From positions 1 through 64,000 of the forward strand of contig JAUCBJ010004529.1 of assembly GCA_032718475.1 (NCBI GenBank): 64,000 bases of DNA. The letters are read 5' to 3'. The notes under the pieces were generated by a model. It saw nothing but the letters and a program-made list of their open reading frames with translations, was not told where the DNA came from and made no database searches. Below are positions 13,173-24,400 of the stretch, one piece after another (within the stretch, counting starts at the first letter, position 1; each line of letters opens with the position of its first letter). Source of the DNA: Nemertoderma westbladi. Lineage: Eukaryota; Animalia; Xenacoelomorpha. The position numbers and the translations under genes are program-made.

Positions 13173-14242
13173 TAATATTTTCATTGAGCTTTCGAGATCG
13201 GTGATTTCAATTCCGACGTCAATTATAATATTTGGTGGAATCTAGTCTTTCTGTTTGTTGGTGTTACATTTTGACTGACAGATTGGCAGACCGAAATCCG
13301 ACGATAACTCAATGAGATTCTCTAAGCCGTCTTCAGATTTGAATTCTGCTCTATAAATCAACCGCATTTATTTGCGGAGAAAATATATCACTTTTTTCCA
13401 ATTACGTTTACGAATTCCATGACACATAAGGGTTCAATATAATGTAAAAATCTTAGCACAGTAGTTGATGAGTCTATAGATACTAATAAATATTACGCAT
13501 GTGCTTCCTATCCAGCTATACTGCATTATATAGTTATTATACTATACATGTAGATACATCGTACCTGAATTACTCGTATACAAGGGTCATTCATGGTTGT
13601 GATAATAAATGAATAAACCCCGGGGGCACCAAAAGATCACAAATAGATGCGGTTGTCTACAAACTATTAATGGAGTTAATTCATGAAAACGCACTACACA
13701 TTACAGTTAATTGATTTTCAGTTAATATTAAACACACTGCATCTCTATAAATACCGGTAATATAGAGTGAAAAGTATTAAAATCAAGATAAAATGTTAAC
13801 ATAACAAATAATAACATAACTAATATTCACATTTTTCGATTTTCGCCTCCCATTTGCTTTGTAATGCCACATTATTTCATAATACATATATTCACTTAAC
13901 AACATAAAATTACTCCAAAAATAGTATAAAATTACTATTTATTACATGAAAAAATCAATTAGGCCTTTTTCCCGCTTATCAGAGATGTACAACTTGCCGA
14001 TAGAGCGTCAGCGCGCGATGGTAATTATACATTTACAGTAAATTTTTTTACATATTTTTTAAATTTACGGGTAATCTGGATAAAAAAAGTTGTTTTTCAT
14101 GTAATACGTAGTTTTATTCTTAAAATTAAATTGCCTTTCCTCTTCCGTTTACGGTACACATAACTGAGGGCGCAGATCCAAAAAGTAGAAAAACATCTGG
14201 GATTCAAATGCAAATTAAAGATCACGATACTAGAGGATCTCC

Positions 14243-17200
14243 CTAATTCCTAACGTTTTTCAATATGAGTCTGTCTTTGAGACCGCCTTTACGAACCGGG
14301 ACCGTTACTATAGAGTTGCGTCTCTCTCTCTGGATCTCCGCTATTCGCCTCTCGGCAGCGGCTAGTTCCTCCCGCAGAGCACTTCGTTCCGCCGCAACCC
14401 ACAGTTCCTTAACGTCGTTACACAATTCGGCCCAAAACTGAAAGTAATCTGACGGCGTCACTACGTTACTCTTACTCCCTAACTTGGGTTTCACCATAAA
14501 ATAGTCGACCGTGCTGCGGAATTCGCGAATCGCTTCCTCCAGTTTCTTTGTATAAGTTTCAACATCAATTCGGGACTTATCTAGGAAATCTGTCATCTTA
14601 AACTTAAAAGCATCGTTGGAGCTGTCATCCTCTTCTTTAAAAATGCTTAAAATTATATTTTCGTGTGATTTCAAGTTCGTTACATATTTTCGTATTTCCC
14701 GCGACATTTCATCCAAATCAACGTGAATCGCACCGTATTTCCCAACTATCTTGGCCGGGCCGGGCACCGGCATTTCAGAATCGATGCCCCACTTAGTGAT
14801 ATACAAATTGGTAACATATTGTAACAAAGTAGTTGTATTGTCTAGGGATTTTATGTCTTTTAATTTTCCGAGTATATCGAGTTGGAAACCGTCTGCTTGA
14901 CCTCTGGATTTATTGCCACCGTTCATATAATTCCCCAAAGACAGAACTAATCCGAGAAAGTTGTGTAATCCTTCGTTACGCCTCATGTACAGACACACGT
15001 CTAATAGATTGTCCACCTTCATGGTGAAATCTGTAAACGCTTCAGAGAACGATGCTTCGAAAGTAATACAAGATATTCGCCGGGAAAACATCGGTATCTG
15101 TGAGAGTTGCAGTATAAAGGACTCGGGTTTGTCTAGAGCAGTCTCTGGGTTACTGGTAACGTGGTCATTGACCATCTTAATTTCTTCATCAGTGCCTTTT
15201 ATGTCATCTAAACCTTTAATAATGTCAATATCTACTGTAGAGAAATCGGCGGTAAGTAATGCGTTTTCTATGTCAGCTATATCAACATGAACCGAACTCA
15301 TATATATACCCACGTTCTGACTACGTTTAGAGTCCAAAATTTTCTTAGGCTTTGCCAATTTCGGTTTATCGAAACTATCAACAAGCGACTTTTTACAAGC
15401 CGTCGTCTGAGCGTTTTTGCCAAAAAAGCTTTCGATTTCGTCAGGATTTACTTCACCGTCTTGGAGACTGTTCCAGATTGTAGATTCTACGAATTCTATC
15501 GATTTTCCTGGAGGAAGACGATGAAATTGAATAGGAGTCCAAAATACGGTCTTCATTTGTTTGTTAGGCGTTATAGGAGGTTTGCGGGGTTCTTGTAGGC
15601 GTAATATTTGGTGCGCATATCCGCCGGGAGGAGGGGGTATGGGTGTACCAGTACCAGGTGGTGGGGGTGGTACTGGTGTACCTGTAGGGGGAGGTGGTGG
15701 TGGAACAGGTGCACCAGGTGGTGGGGGTGGTACTGGTGTACCTGTAGGGGGAGGTGGTGGTGGAAGAGGTGGACCAGGAGGTGGGGGTGGCGGTGGAGGT
15801 GGAGGGGCTGCCTCCTGCACACTCGGGGGAGGGGGTGGGGGTGGTGGAGGCTTCGATGCCTCTCCAGATGGAATTATCACACCAACATGGGGAGTTGTTC
15901 CCACGCCGGTCGGGGGTGCACCAGGTGGGTGGTCAGACGGAGAGACCCCATCATGGATCGAACGCCCTTCGTTGGTATCACGATGTGGAGACGAATTCTG
16001 GTTGAGCGGAACATCCGAATCGAAATCGAATCGAAACGATAACCTGTCAACGAGTAAATTACCATCTGTTTGCGCGCTGGAATCCCGGGAATTCAGAGAA
16101 CCTATATGTTTTAACTCAGCAACGGATTTATCTAATAACATACTTTGTTCCGTTTGCACTGCTATCTCAGAGACATCCACTTTGGTCTCGGCTTCCATCA
16201 TTAATCGCTTTAACTCGCCCTTTAATACCAATATCGTACTCTCCAGAGCCTCTTGTTTGTCCTCATAATCTTCGCGAATTTCTCTTAGTTTCATATTATA
16301 CCGTTCGTCGCAGTCGTCTACAACTTCTTTAAAATACCTCGAGACAGTGACCAGGGCTTTCTGATGTTCAACCTCGGTGTACTTCTTGCCTCCCTGATCT
16401 GCATCCTTAGCTGGCGGCCACACGATTGTCGATTGCAGCCGGCCCGGGACGTCGAAATGTTCATATTTGGCGGGAGATCTGAAGTACTCTTTGTGCGCCC
16501 ATGTGTACATCCAGGACTCCTTAAATAAACCGCTGTCTGACTGAGTTTCTAGAGGAATTATAGCGCCGGTTTGTAATAAACACTGGGATAAACAGTGTAA
16601 GGCGGTTCGTGGAAAAGTAAGTTCACCCTTGGAGGAGTTGAGCATCTCGTGATGGAGCCAATCTACAAACATTTTACCTTCAAAAACATCCTTGTCAATA
16701 AACTGCGATTGAACATTGATAGGAGTGGATTTCAATTTACCTTCGTCGTTGTTGCTCATAAATCGTTCCACTTTTGAGGAAACATTGTGACCCCTTTGAG
16801 ATCCCGGACTTGTTTTAGATCGCCAACCAAGAAAGTTTCCCAACTTCGTTACCGAATTCATTGTCTTAGTGAGTAATCCCTTCGACTCAACATCAGCGTC
16901 CGGTGTATCAATTGAGTCAACCTTGCCATCATTATCAAAAACTTCGTCATTAAAGTACAAATAATTGGGGTCGTCTGCTCTAATACGTTGTTTGAATTCT
17001 GCTGTAGGGGTATGGTATGGGGTAAAACGGTCTCCAACAACGTCTGGCTTCACGTCTAACTGATCGGGTCTGCCTAGTGGAGCACTGGTCGAACGATTAA
17101 ACGACAACGATCGAGTAACTCCAGGAGGATCTAGTGACGGCGAAGCATCGTATAAATCATTAGAGCCATCAGCACAAGGAATGTCCTCATTATATTGAAG

Positions 17201-17995
17201 GAATTTGTAGGATTTTCTTAAACTTTCAACTAATGTTGCCATTGTTTCATCGGGAACACCCCCTTCGCTGACTGACCGAGGATCACTCGGTGGGCAGGCC
17301 AGTTGGGGAGTAAGTGGATCGCGGTAGATTAGAGGATCGGAAGTGTTTGTTTCAGGTTCATTTGGTGTCTGGGAAAGGCTACCGGATACCACGTGACGTT
17401 GTCTCATCGTACGGGTTTTACGAAATATATCCGACGGCAGGCTGCGACTGAATGCCGCTGTGTTATCCAAACCCGATTCATGTGAAGTCGTTTTAGGAGG
17501 GGATACACGTGTACCTTTGCCTCCTCTGTTGATGACATCATTATCATTATTAAAGGAAATGGTATTTAAACCACCAGTAGAGCGCGAGATGGGTGTCGGC
17601 GTAGGGGGACTGGATTGCACTTGGAAAATGTTTCCAGTTTGTTTAGTTCCGGTACCGGTATATATTTTACTGCCAATCGAACCAAAAGTTAAACTTAGAC
17701 GTGGACTAGGAATTGGTTTATCCAATGTGGGGAGAGGAATAGAAGAAGAGGGGCTTTTGTGTTCCTGACTTTCAGCTTGAGGACTACGATATAGAATATT
17801 TTTTGCAAATTGACGATTTTCTATCGATTCATATTCTTTGTCTGGAACGGCCAAAGCGCTGTCTATATCTTCAGGTGATAAATCATGGTTGGCCGCCTTC
17901 CAAAACTCAGCTGAATTAAATTCTCCATTAGTACACGAAGGACATATTGAATCGTCCACTTGTTTGGGTAGTTGTGGATCACTATTGTAAGCCAT
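14243..17995 (-). CDS. FMN: Formin, FMN/Cappuccino subfamily, 1250 aa, single ORF (DEP-like region, coiled coil, FH1, FH2, basic tail)
   Basis: Polyproline FH1 at ~15620-15850; FH2 motifs MKTVFW, LDSKRSQNVGI and GNYMNGGNKSRGQADGF.L..L.KL.D.KS.DN..TLLQY; C-terminal KGGLKDRLILK resembles the Capu/FSI tail of FMN-type formins. Confidence 0.92.
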   Translation of the reverse strand: MAYNSDPQLPKQVDDSICPSCTNGEFNSAEFWKAANHDLSPEDIDSALAVPDKEYESIENRQFAKNILYRSPQAESQEHKSPSSSIPLPTLDKPIPSPRLSLTFGSIGSKIYTGTGTKQTGNIFQVQSSPPTPTPISRSTGGLNTISFNNDNDVINRGGKGTRVSPPKTTSHESGLDNTAAFSRSLPSDIFRKTRTMRQRHVVSGSLSQTPNEPETNTSDPLIYRDPLTPQLACPPSDPRSVSEGGVPDETMATLVESLRKSYKFLQYNEDIPCADGSNDLYDASPSLDPPGVTRSLSFNRSTSAPLGRPDQLDVKPDVVGDRFTPYHTPTAEFKQRIRADDPNYLYFNDEVFDNDGKVDSIDTPDADVESKGLLTKTMNSVTKLGNFLGWRSKTSPGSQRGHNVSSKVERFMSNNDEGKLKSTPINVQSQFIDKDVFEGKMFVDWLHHEMLNSSKGELTFPRTALHCLSQCLLQTGAIIPLETQSDSGLFKESWMYTWAHKEYFRSPAKYEHFDVPGRLQSTIVWPPAKDADQGGKKYTEVEHQKALVTVSRYFKEVVDDCDERYNMKLREIREDYEDKQEALESTILVLKGELKRLMMEAETKVDVSEIAVQTEQSMLLDKSVAELKHIGSLNSRDSSAQTDGNLLVDRLSFRFDFDSDVPLNQNSSPHRDTNEGRSIHDGVSPSDHPPGAPPTGVGTTPHVGVIIPSGEASKPPPPPPPPPSVQEAAPPPPPPPPPPGPPLPPPPPPTGTPVPPPPPGAPVPPPPPPTGTPVPPPPPGTGTPIPPPPGGYAHQILRLQEPRKPPITPNKQMKTVFWTPIQFHRLPPGKSIEFVESTIWNSLQDGEVNPDEIESFFGKNAQTTACKKSLVDSFDKPKLAKPKKILDSKRSQNVGIYMSSVHVDIADIENALLTADFSTVDIDIIKGLDDIKGTDEEIKMVNDHVTSNPETALDKPESFILQLSQIPMFSRRISCITFEASFSEAFTDFTMKVDNLLDVCLYMRRNEGLHNFLGLVLSLGNYMNGGNKSRGQADGFQLDILGKLKDIKSLDNTTTLLQYVTNLYITKWGIDSEMPVPGPAKIVGKYGAIHVDLDEMSREIRKYVTNLKSHENIILSIFKEEDDSSNDAFKFKMTDFLDKSRIDVETYTKKLEEAIREFRSTVDYFMVKPKLGSKSNVVTPSDYFQFWAELCNDVKELWVAAERSALREELAAAERRIAEIQRERRNSIVTVPVRKGGLKDRLILKNVRN

Positions 17996-19029
17996 TACTA
18001 AGGGCTAATTATAAGCGGATGGGGATTACTTAAAAAAAATCGCCAAAAATTCTGTCCTACAGTCTGACAGTCATTTAAACAGCCATCTGTCTTTCAAAAA
18101 TTAAACAATAAACTAATCTAAGCCCTACAAGTTGACAGAAAATAAGTTAGGCCTAATATGTTAATTAATAAATATGTTAATTTCCGTACGGTTTTACAGG
18201 TTTGAGATTGAGAATCACCGGTTTGAAATAATTTAACTTGTTTTGGATGTGGAAGGGTAACATCGTGTTTCAGGGCCTAACAGGCGAATTTTTTTCTATA
18301 CCTTTTTTCGCATAAACAGATAAAACCCGTCCCTGTTTTGAAACACTTTTGAAAAAAATTTCATCAATTACATTTATATACAGATATACGTGCAATTCAT
18401 TACAATTCAGGGAATTACAAAGCATTATTAAAGCATCAATAGTATTATTAAAAAGGATACAAAATTTGGCAACAGTAATAAATGGAAGGAAAAACTGAAT
18501 TAGATGCCCTGCCTGACGAGACGAGTTAGACTAGATTACAGGATTAGATGAATTAGACAAAACATATCACATATACCATATACAGTTGATATAGGCCTAC
18601 CGTCCACACCACACTACTCCAGTACTCTGCTACTCTATGGCTCTGCACCAAATAATTTAGGCCTACTCCAGTACCGGTACTCCTTGACCAAGTAAGGCCT
18701 AAGCCTAACCCTAACATAGGCTGATAGGCCTACACAAGCACAAGCGGACCAAAAAAATAAATCTTTCCAAAAAAAATATCAAAAGAACAAAACACATACT
18801 TTTCGCACCAAACAGCCAAATAGGCCTACTGAAATAATTTTAATTGAGGCCTAGTCAGCTAGTTGTTGACCAAAAAAAAATACATCTGAACTAATCAGCT
18901 AATGTTATAAATTCGACCCAAAAATTAAAACATCAGCCCCAAAACACACATTTACTTTAGGCTACACTAAAACACATAAAATCAAACAACAATAGTCAGA
19001 TATATGATATTTATTTCCATCACTGCATC

Positions 19030-19235
19030 AAGTCGGCCTTTTCTAACCAAAACAATAAACGATCTTGTCACCAATTGAGGGAAAGGAGCATGGAGCATGG
19101 TACAGAGACGGCTTTTTCTAATCAAAACAATGACTGAATGAACTATGTAGAATGTAGTTACCAATTGAGGGAAAGTAGCGTATTACAGACAGACAGAGAT
19201 GGCGTTTTCTAACCAAAACAATAAACGATGTTGTT
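19030..19235. repeat. Three degenerate tandem copies of a ~80-90 bp unit
   Basis: ttttctaa(c/t)caaaacaat at ~19039, ~19114 and ~19205; accaattgagggaaag occurs twice. Confidence 0.7.
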
Positions 19236-19246
19236 AACAATCCAGC

Positions 19247-19795
19247 CAGACTGCAAACCACCACTGAACCGCGCACAACGCCTGTGCACAATTTTTCAGC
19301 CGCGCAATATTGGACAATATACCGCGCATGCACCGAAAATAACGCGCACACCTCGTTTTAACAAAAAAAAAATGAATAACATACACTGAGCGAATCGAGC
19401 AAAATTTTTTAATTACCCGGTAACAATCTGACAATGCAAAATGAAAAAGAAACGCGAGCAAAACTCAATGTGAGCGAAATTTAGACATTTGAGCAATCTG
19501 ACAACGCAAAATGCAAAGAAACCCGAGCGAAGCGAGCGAAATATTTTGTGGCAAATTATTTTTCTCACTTTGCAATTTCCATGCATGTAAACGTTTTTAC
19601 ACCTCATCCAGTCATCCGCCTGTCCGCGCACTTTATTACTTTTGATATTTTGCACAGATTACTGCGCACTTTTGTTGTCTTTCACATAATTTCGCGCACT
19701 TTTATTTCAGTTCCGCGTGCTTTTACCGCGCACTATTTCAAATACGCGCACAACCTGACAACGCGTTGCGATTTTTGCACTTCATTTGCAGCCTG
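19247..19795. mobile_element. Possible non-autonomous hAT-like element
   Basis: cagactgcaaa / tttgcagcctg ends and internal gagcgaagcgagcgaaatatttt-type motifs (similar motifs at 27170-27370). No clean TSD. Confidence 0.4.
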
Positions 19796-20289
19796 GTTAA
19801 CAATAACAATATCGAATAGGGACAGGGTAGGGTATAAAATTAAAATATAGGCCTATCTGCCTATAGCTGTCACTGTCACAGCAACACAATAACAACTGGC
19901 CATGCAGGAGGCAGAAAGGAAACTCACACTGCAGCACTGGCTGACTGCAACTGGTCATTTATTTACGTATTTATAACCTTATGCTGTTATGCAGTAGGCA
20001 GGTAGGCCATCACAGTTCCAGCTATCAGCTGATCAGTCATTATTGCTATTGGTCATAGTCAGTTGATTTATTTACATAATATTGCTGTATTTTATAAGCT
20101 ATATTTATATTATATTATATTATTTGGATGGAGACACCGCTGTCATAGAAGCGTATAAATAAAACTGCACATATAATAAAACAGGCAGACAGAATAAGTT
20201 GAACAGTGAATAAAACAAAACGACTTATACTATGGCACTATTGATAATGAAACAATTTATTACCGACACACATGTGTAACCATTGGAAA

Positions 20290-21000
20290 TTACAGTTCAA
20301 TGACTCCAAGTGCAAGGTCATGCATGCATCTAGTTTCTAGAAATCCCCAAGCAACTTTTTACACAATGAATGGACGGACACTTTTAACTGCAACCGAGGA
20401 ACGTGATTTTGGAATTACATTTACACCAGACTTGTCCTTCACAGCATCACAGCTCACTACACAAAGACTGCAGCCCGCCATGCAAGTCGTACATTTAATA
20501 CGAAGAACTTTTACATATTTGGAAGCTCCGATGTTTACCCTCTGACCCTGTTATACAAACCCCTTGTTCGGCCTCTCCTTGAATACGACACAGTTGTTTG
20601 TTCGCCATTCCTCCGACATGATAAATATTGAATGTCTTGAACAAGTACAACACCGTGTGGTCACTCGCCTTGTACAGTTGTACTATCGCTGGCTGAATTG
20701 TCATATGAAAACCGACTACTTGCATTCAAACTACCGACATTAATATATCGCCGTGTACTAGCCGACCTTATAACAACATACAAGTTTATCAACGGGATTG
20801 ACAAAATTTAGCGAAGTAATTTCTTCCAGTTTCGTTCCTAACTCCACCAATGTTAACACGCAACAACTTTGCGCGTTGTAAACATTTGGAATCCTTTACC
20901 ATTACCGGAAAGTGTTGTTAATGCACGTAATACCCTTGGTACTCCATGATTGAGCATATTCAAAAAAAGACTAGACTGCGAAATGTCCCTTAAAATGAAT
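20290..21000 (+). mobile_element. CR1-type LINE, degraded 3' fragment
   Basis: Translation across frameshifts gives EERDFGITFTPDLSF, LIRRTFTYL, YKPLVRPLLEY, LEQVQHR and DLITTYKFINGID, typical of the CR1 ORF2 C-terminus. Confidence 0.8.
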
Positions 21001-21442
21001 ATATAGTGATACTCCTGTGCGCCAAGTGGCAGTAGTGAAAGCGATATCTTTCGGATACAACGATATCTTTATTAAAATCAAGCTACAGTACCGGTACCTA
21101 TTATTTTTTCATCTTTTCAATCCCAAAAATGTTTAATTGTTTTCCTATCTTTTGTAGTTACTTTACTTTGCGCGTTTTATTTCAGCAGTAATATTTTACT
21201 TATGCGACATACGGTACTACCTGTCTGCCTGTGGTACCAAATTTATGTTCCGTATAAACTACGTTACTACGTATTGTTGTGTTGTATCCTATAGAGTATT
21301 GTAAACTTGTCCTTATTATTTTGTTTGCCTTTAGTACTTTATGTTGTCGAAGCCCTTGAACCTACTGTAAGTATGCTTTGCCGGTTTTTAATTTAATTTT
21401 AGTGTAATTTCATTTTTTTTTTATAATTAATATGCACCAACT

Positions 21443-24400
21443 TAGTCCGGCAGCCACGTACCTCTTTTTGGCCTAACCGAAAATTTTTGGACGGATTACA
21501 TTTTGTGGATGTTTTGGTGTCTAGGGGTCCCTCTTAACATAAAAAGTGATTTATGGACTTTGACACCTTGGGCAATTCTTATTAATGACCCGTTTCTATG
21601 GACTACAGTATTTTATATGAAAGCTTAGCGATCAGAATGGCGATTAACTATTGGGCTTGAAGTGGTTGTAATTTTGATCGAAAATATGAAAATTTTAGAG
21701 AAACTATTGAAGTGTTGCTATGGTAACGAAGGCACTACAGCTATCGCTCTATCTTTCCAAATGAAAAACTACTATGCCTACTGACACTCGTGTGTTTTTT
21801 GTTTCGTTTGTGCACTTTATTAATAATATGTTTCCCTAATTAATATGCACCACATCAATTTTGTGTAGAAGTATGGTTAGCAACAAATACCCGTATTCAC
21901 GGAAACCACAGTAATTTATTGCGGACATCACATCTGAAGCATTTAAAACCTAGACAGAAAATTATTACCTTAAAATGTATATATAAATAATTTGTCTCCT
22001 GCTTGTTTATAACACTTTTTTAATGCTAAATATACAAAATGTATTTAATGCATGGCGAATATGGAGACTATGCATTTTATATTATTCATTGTTTGATTAT
22101 AAATAATACAATATGAAATTACGAAAAGTTTGCGCATTAATCTTTAGTGCAGTTGCAAAATTCTGTGAAATCAGGTTGATTTTTTCTGCAGGTGCACTTC
22201 TGCGATTTACATGGGATTTTGGATGAACTGAACAGGTACACCGAATTAATTGCAAAATGCATTCCGGCGTTGGTGGTATGCCCTCAGGGATTGCAATCGG
22301 GGAAAGTTGATTGTTAGCTATTATCCACCCATATTTTCTAGGGTCTACACTAGGTGGTCTAACTGTGTTCTGCATTGTGTTCTTCTACACCATTACTTTC
22401 AAATGGGCCCTTTTCACGTTCTCTGACAAGGAGTCAGTGGTTGGTGGTATTGTTTGCAGCTTTGCACAGCTGGTAATTGTTTTTTTTTCTGTGCACACCT
22501 TTGTCGTGACTGGGACATGTTGTTTGAGTCATATCCATGTCAGTTATAAAGTTAGTACATTCCATTAAGACTGTAGATTGCGGTGCTTCCATATCTCCCA
22601 AACAAGTAAGAGTGAGTCCTTTATCCAAAGCCTTGATGACTTTCGCTTTGCCAATCCCAAACATGCTTGCAACCATGTCACAACCAGATAATGCATGGCC
22701 TCCCAAAAGATTTCCTATGATACCGCGATGCATTTACTGTTTCTCCCACGTCTATTACTGCGGTCTGGTTTTGTAATGGGGATTTTGTGAAAATTGAATT
22801 GGTTATACCTGTAATTTCCCTCAGATAAAAATGTAATAATAGAAGAAATACAGAATATTTATCTGCGAAAAGGCGCATAGCGCGCATGTTCTGTGGAAAT
22901 GTTTTCCCAGATAACGTCTTCGAAACACCGCCAAAATACACACGATACACTTCAGAAAGGCCGGTTTCAACCATTAAACTTCCTATGGATCCAATGATCC
23001 AATGGTCAATACATTTAGCTCGATGTTGACCAATAGCAGACCACGCCAAAACTTTTAATGGCAAGGCATTACCGGGTTTGAAATACCAGTATAACTCTTG
23101 ATATCTATGTCATTCTAGTTCTTTTGACATTTCCTTTTTGGTCAATCTCAGTATAGAATGATCCGCTCAATCCACATGTGATAAGGTAGGTCCAATATTC
23201 CTGTTTGGTTGGGTTATTAGCATAGCTAGTGAATGCGTGGATTTCTTACAATTCATGGAACTTAAATTCGTTTATACAGTAGTTTGCTTGGTATTACCTA
23301 GGTAAACTCCGAGGGCAACCTGTAAGGGAGTCGGATGACTCTAGTCCCGACCCGTTAACTAGTACCGGCCCGTTGACTTTTAAATATGATCAATTTTTGA
23401 GATTTTACTAGCTATTTCTTTTACCAGATACAATAGTTACTGTTTTTTCCAGTTGGCCCCCATAATATCTTATGAATGTTCGAACTAGTCATTTTAGAAT
23501 GTTTTACATTAATTGCTAGGCTTCCTAATCCGATAAGCTATCATCAACTGTTATATTTCTAGAGAACTAAGCAAACATACAGTACCATTTTAATTATTAA
23601 AAAAAAACATTAAAAAAAACATTAAAAAAACATACGTCGATGACATAAACGAACAATTCGACTCACCGTATAAGAAACTACAACTATATCAATTTTCTAG
23701 AACAAGTCACATTTAAATACAGAGACCTGGAAACTCACTAGCTATTCCATGAAGAAAACACTAAATGTGAGTAATCATAGGCCAAACTAATGATCAATAA
23801 CTAATAATCATAACTAATGATCATCATTAGTTATGAATTCCAAACCCAATTCTCCATATCGAAATGGTCACCCAAGAAAAAGTACTGTAGTACCCAACTC
23901 AAAATTTGGAATATTATAAATATTATTATATCGTACGTTGTAACGCAGGAACATTTTTTTTTATTTATTTATTTATTTATTATGAAACATTTTCTAAACT
24001 TGCATGCACACAAATAAATTGTAACTATGTAATAATTGGAGTACGATAAGTCAAATAATTAGTAAATTACGATAAATGAAAAAATATTATGAATATATTT
24101 GACTTGATGCATAGTAAAGACGGAGGTTGATCGGGAAGGCCCATTACATCAACCACCGAATAGGCATTAATAATATGAATAATATATTGTAATATTGTAT
24201 TAAAATTTGATAATATTAGTTCGGTAATGTAATTATTCTACTGATGGAAAGATAAAGTGTATTGGTTGTAAGATACATTTGAATTACATTTCTAAGTAGG
24301 TCTAGTGCGATTAGAAAGAAAATTAAATCACGATATGTATAATAAAGCATTATTCCTAACTAAAAATTGATAGATTACGTATACTTATTTACTCATGCTA

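Noticed and set aside
15561-16268. Gly-rich 235-aa plus-strand ORF
   Set aside because: Antisense shadow of the formin FH1 polyproline region.
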